Below, in pieces: positions 42,101 to 49,195 of a stretch of 64,000 nucleotides of DNA. The DNA comes from Polyangia bacterium (GTDB lineage: Bacteria; Myxococcota_A; Polyangia; Fen-1088), in the NCBI GenBank assembly GCA_035696125.1, contig DASRQZ010000059.1, forward strand, positions 3,340-67,339. Direction: 5' to 3'. Made by a program: the position numbers and the translations under genes. The first letter of the stretch is position 1; the number at the start of each line of letters is the position of its first letter. The notes beneath the pieces are model-generated. The model was not told the origin of the DNA and did not search any database. It saw nothing but the letters and a program-made list of their open reading frames with translations.

Positions 42101-44161
42101 CGCCGCCAGCTCGGTGGCCAGCACGCGGCAGCGTTCACCCGACGACGCCAGTCGCGCGGTCAGGTGGCCGGTGGCCATGCCGGTGCGGTCATCGGTGGCC
42201 GCGTCGCGAAAGAACCGTTCGGTCAGCGCCGGATCGCCGGTCACCAGCGTGGCCGCCTCGGTCTCCAGCGCCGCGGTGACCGAGGGCTCCTCGGCCCGCA
42301 TCGCCAGCTGGATCAAGGTCCCGACCCCGTCGCGCCGCAGTCGGCCCCGCAGGTCGGGATCGTCGGTGGTGACCGACACCGCAAGCTCGAGGTCGCGGCG
42401 CAGGATCCAGGCGCCAAGATCCGAAGGGTCGAGCTCGACGCGCGCGCGCTGGTGGACCAGCGCTCGCTCCGAGTTGCCGAGGCGGTCGCGGTGAAGGCCA
42501 ACCAGCGCTTGCAACAGGTAGCGCCGCCGCGGCTCGTGCTCCTCGGCGGCCGGCAACGCCGCCAGGTCGCCTTCGAACAGCTCGGCGAGATCGGCCCAGC
42601 GCTCGTCGCTGCGCAACACCTCTTCCAGCGCGTCGACCGCGGGCGGATAGCCCGGTTGGCGCGCCAGCGCCTGGCGATACAACCGCTCGGCGTGGGCCGG
42701 GTCGCGCAAGACCAGGTCGCGCAGCGTGGCCGCCCGCACCAACGCGTGCGCCGCCGTGATCCCGCGCCCTTGCTCGCCCTCGGCCTCGAACGCCTGCGCC
42801 AGTCCGGCGGCGTCGCGCGCCTCGGCGAACAGCGCCACCCGCGCCGCCAGCGCCGCCAGCGCCAGCTCCGACGAGGGATCGGCGGCCCAGCCGTCGCCGT
42901 ACCGGCGCACCAGATCGAGCGCCTCGGTGGTGCGGCCCGCGCGTCCCAGCGCCTCGACCAGCCGCAGCGCCGACCGCAGCTCGTCCTGCGGGATGGCCGA
43001 GGTCTCCATGGTCCGGACCAGCAGCTCGGTGCCGCCCCGCTGCTCGGCGACGTCCAGCATGTCTTCGGTCAGCAGAGGATGCTCGGGCAACAACCGGCGG
43101 GCGTCGGCCAGGGCGGCGTGCGCCGCCTCGAGGTCGCCGATCACGTCGCGGAGGATGCGCGCCCGCTCCCGGTGCAGGGCCGCCTTGGTGGCGGGGTCGG
43201 ACCCCGGCCGGACGCGCGCCAGCTCCTCGAGCGCGCCGACCTGGACGCGGGGCAGCGCGCGCTGCCCCGCCAGCTCTTCCAGCTCGGCGCACAGGTCGGC
43301 CGAGCCCGCCTCGTCGCCCAACCCGCCCAGCGCCTGCCGGAGCGTGTCCAGCGCGCGCGACGGGCCCTCGGAAGACCCGCCTGCCTCGCCGGCCTCGGGT
43401 GCGCGGTCGGTGGCCGACTCACCCGCTGACGACGCCGTGGCGCCGCTGCCGGGGGCGAGCCGTTGCGCGCGCGCCAGCTCGGCGGCCAGCGCGGCGCGCC
43501 GGGTCGGATCCTCGGTGCAATCAATCAGACCGGCCAGCGCGGCCTCGACGCCGTCGCTGTCCTGGGCGCGCGCGGCCCCCAGCAGGCGCGCCAGCGGCAC
43601 GGTGGCGTGGTCGGGGGCGGCCACCATCGCTTCGCGGTAACCGGACGCTGCATCGGACGATCGCGACAGTCGATCCTCCAGGATGCGTCCACGCTCGACC
43701 CACAGATCGGCCGCCCGACGCGAGCGGCGCGCGTCGGCACCGAACGCGCCGCCGCGAATCAGGCGCTCGTAGACGGTGGCCAGCTCCTGCCAATGACCGC
43801 GCGCGGACAGCAGCTGGCGCAGCGGCGCCAGCGTGGCCACGAAGGTGGGATCGCGCACAAGAGCGTCGCGAAGGGTGGCCAGCGCGCCGTCGCGATCGCC
43901 GAGCGCGGCCGCCTGCAGGTGGGCCGCCTCGTAGAGCAGCGGCGCGACGCGCGCCCCGTGCGCGCCGGCCAGGCCGGCTTCGGCCAGATAGAGATCGATC
44001 TCGGCTCGCGGTTCGAGCTCCGGCGCCGGGGCCGCCCTGGGCCAGCCGGGCGAGGACGCGGGTCCCACCACGGCGACCGGACCCGACTCGACCGGCCCCT
44101 CGAGGATGTCGGGCGTTATCTCGATCGCGAGGTCGTCGTCGTCAGCGGGTGCTCGTGACAT
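39116..44161 (-). CDS. Giant (~1680 aa) TPR/alpha-helical repeat protein, paralog of the downstream gene; N-terminus uncertain
   Basis: It is uniformly helical and repeat-rich. Its C-terminal ~400 aa align with the C-terminus of the 33879-38969 product. The ORF extends to 44467 as a lower-GC stretch, and the start at MSRAPADDDD is a guess. Confidence 0.65.
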   Translation of the reverse strand: MSRAPADDDDLAIEITPDILEGPVESGPVAVVGPASSPGWPRAAPAPELEPRAEIDLYLAEAGLAGAHGARVAPLLYEAAHLQAAALGDRDGALATLRDALVRDPTFVATLAPLRQLLSARGHWQELATVYERLIRGGAFGADARRSRRAADLWVERGRILEDRLSRSSDAASGYREAMVAAPDHATVPLARLLGAARAQDSDGVEAALAGLIDCTEDPTRRAALAAELARAQRLAPGSGATASSAGESATDRAPEAGEAGGSSEGPSRALDTLRQALGGLGDEAGSADLCAELEELAGQRALPRVQVGALEELARVRPGSDPATKAALHRERARILRDVIGDLEAAHAALADARRLLPEHPLLTEDMLDVAEQRGGTELLVRTMETSAIPQDELRSALRLVEALGRAGRTTEALDLVRRYGDGWAADPSSELALAALAARVALFAEARDAAGLAQAFEAEGEQGRGITAAHALVRAATLRDLVLRDPAHAERLYRQALARQPGYPPAVDALEEVLRSDERWADLAELFEGDLAALPAAEEHEPRRRYLLQALVGLHRDRLGNSERALVHQRARVELDPSDLGAWILRRDLELAVSVTTDDPDLRGRLRRDGVGTLIQLAMRAEEPSVTAALETEAATLVTGDPALTERFFRDAATDDRTGMATGHLTARLASSGERCRVLATELAAAEAAGRTDVARALRHRLAAERASAGEWREAIAALVPVASTGDELARAFGFDRARRSGQAALEVVVLGDDTADGTSSGLTAPADRGEALERAGNGEAAQGAFREAMRRGPSTDAALGLLRTASVAGNLDGVAEALGALGDASLDDGDATIAAAARRERELLDAARGARGLQPPGSARPDAGDALSDWIEGVRSGDHRQVAGALVDLAALAAPATAAGGGERAIPGLLTRALARSRLAGPDVARELHRRAWELAPANPTVAHGISDVRAERRAGSESTDVTAGPLPDTSADRAARLPPSAAGLATELDLERALEQEARGCLGEALHVYARILARDADCLEAMLGVRRLARAGGDVVGEARALVRLGALVKTPVHAARLFADAAARFEQVGRREEAIAAYLKVLEHGPDDDPGFERLAALLRASADAPGSAKTLDRVLSHRLHRRVPTAGVDEVLALLFERAENRLRRLEDRDGAIEDFKRILKIAPHNHRALRQLATLAIEMRHPADAAHFLTRYLAVAPDDDGAAVARLELATAHEAANDTLRALEALRAAAAARPLDAVPLQRMAELHERAGDWRGAIATMRAWEMVLQDPAARAGLELRIGALLRDRAYDLPEAALAFRRAAELDPLGNGTRELAQMYENGGDEAGRVAVLEQAIVQMRAALASDPLDLPRLHRLKSLLQQAWRDQRGRDAIRAVAQVLALMGEPSPEASDSSPAPLGLSAAPSAAFWATLTDAPALGFMSEVWLLIADAVAELHPPNLTALGTSRHSRLQPDSEPVVGWVVQTAAALGLSGVVLHRASTTSGDVGPYQAQAAELPAPLLVFGAASRLDGGMAPPSPYWVGRALGLLRLRASAAARLSANELQDLFSAAGILAGAEPSAMGERATRVSEAQVKALFKTLPRKDRKALTLQASRFGFEALDAAAWQQAVVGAAERFGLMLAGDVAEAAAAAADLSPPVASHKLRRSEAALNLLRFALSERYLAARRELERGRGG

Positions 44162-44490
44162 GCGTCTTTGTCGAGCGTCGGTCGTCCAGGATGGGGTCCG
44201 AGGAGGTGTCGAAGATGTCGGTCGAAGATTGTCGGTCGAAGATGTCGAAGGTTTCAACGATTGCGTCAACCAGGAGTCGACGTGGGTACCGCCGATACCA
44301 AAGTGAACTATTATGTCCACCGTCTGATCGGGGGTCAATTCATCGAGCCGTTGGTCTGACGCCTGGGACACGTCGTGGTCTGATGCCTCGCGCTCGTCAA
44401 TGACCAGTCGTGACCTGCGACGAGGTGCGAATGGACAGTCCCGGCCCGCCGTGCGCATGATAGGCAAGGCCCTTCCCCAGCGGTGCGACT

Positions 44491-45477
44491 CTGCCCAACC
44501 TCCTCGTCTATATCGACCGCCGAGATGGCGTCCCCACCCCCGCCTCGCGGTTCGCGTTGGCCGAGGCGCGACGCAGCGCGCACGCTGCCGGTCTGACCGT
44601 CTATGCGCTGCTCTTCGACGAACCGCACGGTGCGCTGCGCTCGGACGCTCTCGCCGGCGTGCTGGGTCGCGCCGGTGCCGATCGCGTCCTGGTTTGCGAG
44701 GGCGCAGGTCTGGGCGCGCCGCCGCTGGACGTCACCCACGGCAGGGCCCTCTTCACCGCCGCCGAGCGCGTTCCGCCCATCGTCATTCTGTTTCCCTGCG
44801 GGGGACCGGGCGAGGAGCTGGGCCCTCCGCTAGCGGTGAGACTTGGCGCGGCCTACGCGCGGGCGGTCGATTTCCGGGTCTCGGAGGAGTCCGGGCCGCT
44901 GGCCGATGGCGTCGGGCGGATCACCCTGCGGCGCTGGCGCGCCGACCGCTCCGGCTACCGCGAGCTGGATCCGGTCGAGATAGAGCGTCCGATCGTGGCG
45001 TTGCTGGGCGCGCACGGCGTCGTGCGCGAGGAGGGCACGCCCGACATCGACGTCGAAGTGATCGCCTGCGCCCCGGCGCCGGAGGCCCCGGTCGTCGAGC
45101 TCGACTCCGAGCCCGACGAAATGGAAGCGGTGATCCAGGCGCGCGCCCTGGTCTTCCTGGGTCCTGGCGTCAGCCCGCAGGTCGCGGATCGGCTGCGCGC
45201 CGAAGCGCCGGCCGGGGTCGTGATCGCCGACGGGGCGACAGCGCCGCGCGCGCTGGCCGCGGCGTCGCCCGAGTTCCTGCTCGACGTCGGGGGCGCGGGC
45301 GGCAGGCTCGACGTCGGGCTCTCGCCGCGCGCGCGCGTGGGCCTCATCCCGCTGTCCCGCGAGGGAGCATCGCCGGCGGCGGGCGAGTCGGCGCGCCAGG
45401 TCCACGACCTGGTATGGGATCCGGCCGGCGCCGATCCCTGGGACGAACTCGCCGCCGCCCTGCGGACCGTCCCGTGA
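44491..45477 (+). CDS. Electron-transfer-flavoprotein alpha-subunit-like protein (degenerate FAD-binding region); non-canonical start
   Basis: The ETF-alpha N-domain pattern is LLVYIDRRDG...ALAEARRSAHAAGLTVYALLF...DRVLV...PPIVILFPCGGPGEELGPPLAVRLG. No ATG, GTG or TTG is in frame upstream of the conserved N-terminus, so the start is a CTG at 44491. The first canonical start is a TTG at 44557. Confidence 0.5.
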   Translation: MPNLLVYIDRRDGVPTPASRFALAEARRSAHAAGLTVYALLFDEPHGALRSDALAGVLGRAGADRVLVCEGAGLGAPPLDVTHGRALFTAAERVPPIVILFPCGGPGEELGPPLAVRLGAAYARAVDFRVSEESGPLADGVGRITLRRWRADRSGYRELDPVEIERPIVALLGAHGVVREEGTPDIDVEVIACAPAPEAPVVELDSEPDEMEAVIQARALVFLGPGVSPQVADRLRAEAPAGVVIADGATAPRALAAASPEFLLDVGGAGGRLDVGLSPRARVGLIPLSREGASPAAGESARQVHDLVWDPAGADPWDELAAALRTVP

Positions 45478-46184
45478 GGATCATCGTCTGTCTCCACGCG
45501 TCGCCCCCGGGTGGACAGCCGCTCGCCGACAACGATCGCGAAGCCATCCGGCTAGCGCGCGCCCTGGGCGAGGGACACGAGGTGATCGCGCTTTTGGCCG
45601 GCAACAAGGACGAGATCGCCCCCCTCGAAGCGGCGCTGCGGGCCGGCGTCGACCGCGCGGCGCGGGTGAGCGGCGAAAGCTTCGCCGCCGCCGACTTCCA
45701 CACGCTGGGCCAGGTGCTGGGCAGCGCAGCCCGCACGCTGGGCCCCGATCTGATCCTGGGCGGCGCGCGCAGCGACACCGACGGCCTGGGTGCGTTGACC
45801 GCGTCGATCGCCCGCCACACCAGCCTGCCCCACCTGGCCAACATCGAATCGCTCGCGCTGTCCGCGGCCGCCGCCGCGGGAGCCCGCTCGCTGCCCCTCA
45901 CGGTCACGGTACGCGGCGAGGGCCGCATGCGCCGGCTGGCTGTCGGTGTCCCCTTCGTGATGTCGGTGGTGCGCGGCGCCGCCGCGCCTGCGACCGGAGC
46001 GCCCGAACGCCCGGGCGCTCCCGGGCGCTCGATCGAGACGCTGGCGATCTTCGACCCCGAGGTGACGGTGATCCGGCGCCGGACCGAGATCCTGGGCACC
46101 TCCGCGACCGCGGAGCGGCCGGTCAAGACGGTGTCGTCAGCGGCGGAGCTGGTGGCGGGGCTGATCCGGGGCGACGAGCGGTAG
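45474..46184 (+). CDS. Electron-transfer-flavoprotein beta-subunit-like protein (FixA-like)
   Basis: A GTGA overlap joins it to the upstream gene. IIVCLH...AIRLARALG...DLILGGARSDTDGLG...LPHLANI...LTVTVRGEGRMRRL fits the ETF-beta fold pattern. Confidence 0.6.
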   Translation: MRIIVCLHASPPGGQPLADNDREAIRLARALGEGHEVIALLAGNKDEIAPLEAALRAGVDRAARVSGESFAAADFHTLGQVLGSAARTLGPDLILGGARSDTDGLGALTASIARHTSLPHLANIESLALSAAAAAGARSLPLTVTVRGEGRMRRLAVGVPFVMSVVRGAAAPATGAPERPGAPGRSIETLAIFDPEVTVIRRRTEILGTSATAERPVKTVSSAAELVAGLIRGDER

Positions 46185-46194
46185 CGCGTCAGAC

Positions 46195-46305
46195 CGCGCC
46201 ATCGGGCAAGGGATCGCCGACGCCGACGCCGACGCCGACGCCTACGCCGACGGGCGGATCCGGGTTCTCGTCGGCGTCAGCGTCGGCGTCAGCGGCGGCG
46301 ATCCC
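46195..46305. repeat. Palindromic (GACGCC)n hairpin element, same family as 961-1060 (shared GCCGACGGGCGGATCCGG core)
   Basis: Read directly from the sequence. It lies between the convergent ETF-beta-like gene and the cca gene, so it is a likely bidirectional terminator. Confidence 0.6.
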
Positions 46306-46308
46306 TCC

Positions 46309-47727
46309 CTACGCCTCCTTCGCGACCTCTGGCACCAGCGCTTCCAGGGTCTCGCGCTGGTTCAGGGACGGGTCGTCCAGCACGCGCTCGAGCAGGCGTC
46401 CCAGCACCACGCCGATCACCCGGCTGGGCCCCACGCCGAGGACCCGCATCACGTCCTTGCCGTCGATGGCCAGGTCGGTGACGCGCAGGGCGGCGTCGGC
46501 GGTCGACACCTCGGCCACGCGTCGGCGCAGCTCGCCGAGCTCGACCTCGGGATCCTCGCCAAAGCCGCGACCGGCGATGTCGCCTTCGCGCAGCGCGAAC
46601 AGCGCCGGCAGGACGTCGCTGCCGATGCGGCGCACGAAGCGGCGCACGGTGCCGTCGGTCCAGTCGGGTGAATAGAAGAACATGTGGTGGGTCACCATGG
46701 CGACCACGCGCTCCCGGTCGGCGACCGACAGCTTGAGCCGGCGCGCGATCGCGTCGGCCATGTCGGCGCCCACGTACTCGTGCTTGAAGAAGCTGAACTC
46801 ACCGGGTGCGCCCTCGCGCGGCTGGCGGGCGCGTGGCTTGCCCACGTCGTGCAGCAGCGCGCCCAGGCGCAGCACCGCCAGGTTCGCGGGAGCGCTGTCC
46901 GGGTCGCCGGTCGTGTGGTCGACGACCGCCAGGGTGTGCCGGTAGACGTCGAACTTGTGAAATCGGTTCTGGGTCACGCCGACTCCCTCGAGGAGCTCGG
47001 GCAGGACCTCGCCGAGCAGGCCGGTGACCCGCATCAGCTCCAGCCCCTGGGATGGCACCGGCGCGGCCAGCAGCTTGAGCAGCTCGTCGCGCACCCGCTC
47101 GGCGGACACCTTGCGAAAGACTTCCAGGGTCGCGCCGATCGCGGCCAGCGTCGGCGGATCGATCGTGAACCCGAGCTGGGTCGCCTGCCGGACCGCGCGC
47201 ATGGGGCGCAGGCCGTCCTCGCGAAAGCGCTCGACCGGGTCGCCGACCGCGCGCACCAGGCCCCGCGACAGATCGCCGAAACCGTCGAAGGGGTCGGTGA
47301 GCCGATCATCGAGGGGGTCGTATCCGACGGCGTTCATGGTGAAGTCGCGCCGCGACAGGTCCTCCTCCAGCGACGACACGTAGCTGACGGACGACGGGCG
47401 ACGGCCGTCGAGGTAGGCGCCCTCGCCGCGAAAGGTGGTGACCTCGACCGGGGTGCGCGCGGGCGCTGACCCGACCAGCACGGTGACCGTGCCGTGTTGC
47501 AGGCCGGTCGGAATCGCGAAGGTCGAGCCAAAGAGCGCGAGCACCTCTTCGGGGCGGGCGCTGGTGGCGACGTCGAAGTCGGCCGGCTTGCGGCCCAGCA
47601 AGAGGTCGCGGATGCCGCCCCCGACCAGGTGCGCCTGATGCCCGGCCGCGCGCAACCGCCGGCACAGGCCGATCACCTCGGCGGGAATTCGCGCCCGGTC
47701 GATCGTCGGAGCGCCGCCTGCGGTCAT
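46309..47727 (-). CDS. CCA tRNA nucleotidyltransferase / poly(A) polymerase family enzyme with HD domain
   Basis: The Pol-beta NT motif is GGIRDLLLGRKPADFDVATS, and the HD motif is LLHDVGKP. The start MTAGG makes an ATGA overlap with the rnc stop. Confidence 0.8.
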   Translation of the reverse strand: MTAGGAPTIDRARIPAEVIGLCRRLRAAGHQAHLVGGGIRDLLLGRKPADFDVATSARPEEVLALFGSTFAIPTGLQHGTVTVLVGSAPARTPVEVTTFRGEGAYLDGRRPSSVSYVSSLEEDLSRRDFTMNAVGYDPLDDRLTDPFDGFGDLSRGLVRAVGDPVERFREDGLRPMRAVRQATQLGFTIDPPTLAAIGATLEVFRKVSAERVRDELLKLLAAPVPSQGLELMRVTGLLGEVLPELLEGVGVTQNRFHKFDVYRHTLAVVDHTTGDPDSAPANLAVLRLGALLHDVGKPRARQPREGAPGEFSFFKHEYVGADMADAIARRLKLSVADRERVVAMVTHHMFFYSPDWTDGTVRRFVRRIGSDVLPALFALREGDIAGRGFGEDPEVELGELRRRVAEVSTADAALRVTDLAIDGKDVMRVLGVGPSRVIGVVLGRLLERVLDDPSLNQRETLEALVPEVAKEA

Positions 47728-48452
47728 TCGTCGCCGCCGGGCGGCGGGGCGCGGCCCTCGATCACTTCGATGGCCTTTGCGGCCGCGCTCTGCTCGGCCT
47801 CCTTCTTGGAACGCCCGGTGGCGCGGCCGTACTCGCGCCCCTCGAGGCGGATGGCGACCAGGAAGCGCCGGTCGTGGTCGGGGCCCTCCTGACCGACGAC
47901 GGTGTACTGCGGCGTCGCCTGCAGCAGCGCCTGCGACCGCTCTTGCAGGCGTGACTTGAAATCGAAGCGGGCCGAGCTGTCGGCGTCGCGCAAAGAATCG
48001 CCGAACAGCCGTTCGGTCACCTGGTGGGCCGCGGTGTAGCCGGCGTCGATGTAGACCGCGCCCACCAGCGCCTCCAGCGCGTCGGACAGGATCGACGGTT
48101 TGCGCCGGCCGCCGGCCTGGTCCTCGCCGCGCCCGAGGAAGATCCACTCGCCGAGCCCGATGCCCTCGGCCGCCTTGGTCAGGCCGACCTCGCTGACCAG
48201 CGCCGCGCGGTTCTTCGACAGCTCGCCCTCCGACCGCTCGGGGAAACGCCGCATCAGCATGTCGCTGACCGCGAGCGCCAGCACGGCGTCGCCCAGGAAC
48301 TCGAGGCGCTCGTTGTCGGTGCGCGAGGTGCCGTGGCGTTCGTTCAGCCACGACTTGTGGGTCAAAGCCGCCTCGCACAAGCTGCGATCGTTGAAAACGT
48401 ATCCGATCCGGCTCTCGAGCACGCTGTAGGAGGCCGGCTCCGACGCTGTCAT
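47724..48452 (-). CDS. rnc: Ribonuclease III
   Basis: ERLEFLGDAVL is the signature. The C-terminus is a dsRBD. Confidence 0.85.
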   Translation of the reverse strand: MTASEPASYSVLESRIGYVFNDRSLCEAALTHKSWLNERHGTSRTDNERLEFLGDAVLALAVSDMLMRRFPERSEGELSKNRAALVSEVGLTKAAEGIGLGEWIFLGRGEDQAGGRRKPSILSDALEALVGAVYIDAGYTAAHQVTERLFGDSLRDADSSARFDFKSRLQERSQALLQATPQYTVVGQEGPDHDRRFLVAIRLEGREYGRATGRSKKEAEQSAAAKAIEVIEGRAPPPGGDE

Positions 48453-48529
48453 TGACCCTAAGTTAACACCGTCGGCGACCGGTGGGCCCCCTGGACCGAG
48501 CGGCCCGAGCCCGGGTATCATGGAATGTC

Positions 48530-48958
48530 ATGGGTCAGACCGCGAACCTTTGTTGTGTAAAATGCAACTCCATCCTCGACCGCGCGACGTTCCAGGGGCT
48601 CGAGGTCGACCTTTGCCCCAAGTGCGGCGGGCTGTGGCTGGACCGCGGCGAGATCACCCGCGCCGCGCAGTTACCCGAAAAGGAGCTGGCGCGCCTGCGC
48701 GACCTGCTGCGGGGCAACTCAGGGCCGCCCCCCGTTCCGACGGAGAACAAGGCGCCCTGCCCGGCCTGTGAGGGCCGCCTGTCGGAGGTGCTGCTCGGCA
48801 AGGTTCACGTCGACTACTGCGGCACCTGCCACGGCATCTTCCTGGATCGTGGCGAGCTGCAGGAGGCCATCGACGCCGTGCGCGTCCGCGACCGCAACAC
48901 CAGCCCGCAGCAGGTCATCTCCGCCGCGATCTCCGCCGCGCAGCTGGCCGACTCCTGA
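48530..48958 (+). CDS. Small protein with two TFIIB-type zinc-ribbon (zf-TFIIB) domains
   Basis: The first ribbon is CVKCNSILD...CPKCGGLWLDRGE. The second is CPACEGRL...CGTCHGIFLDRGEL. Confidence 0.7.
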   Translation: MGQTANLCCVKCNSILDRATFQGLEVDLCPKCGGLWLDRGEITRAAQLPEKELARLRDLLRGNSGPPPVPTENKAPCPACEGRLSEVLLGKVHVDYCGTCHGIFLDRGELQEAIDAVRVRDRNTSPQQVISAAISAAQLADS

Positions 48959-49195
48959 CGACCTGTGAACGAATTCCGTCGCTGCAAGGACCTCGGGCCT
49001 CCGGCGTCAGGCCTCTGGAAGAGTCAATGAAGTCGGTGCGCGGAGGGAAAGTCGAATTGTCGAGTTGTCCACGGGTTTGATCCCCCGGTCTTGTGGACAC
49101 CCCAATAGGCCCGAGGTCGAGGCCCGAGGCCCGAGGCCCGAGGCCCGAGGCCCGAAGGTCCGAGGTCTTTCCTTCACAGGCTCTGAGCGCGGGCG

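Noticed and set aside
44168-44359. 63-aa plus-strand ORF in the lower-GC region upstream of the giant TPR gene
   Set aside because: It has no RBS, carries a Cys/Arg-rich start typical of noise, and overlaps the direct-repeat regulatory region. It is more likely non-coding promoter DNA.
44400-45474. Upstream 358 codons of the 44400-46184 ORF
   Set aside because: The translation is Arg/Gly-rich noise. Only the final 236 codons (ETF-beta-like, from the GTG at 45474) look like protein. The ETF-alpha-like protein is in another frame.
49050-49100. Possible tRNA 3'-fragment or att remnant (GGGTTTGATCCCCCGG)
   Set aside because: It resembles a T-loop, but the flanking bases do not form a T-stem or acceptor stem. 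No cloverleaf can be built by hand.
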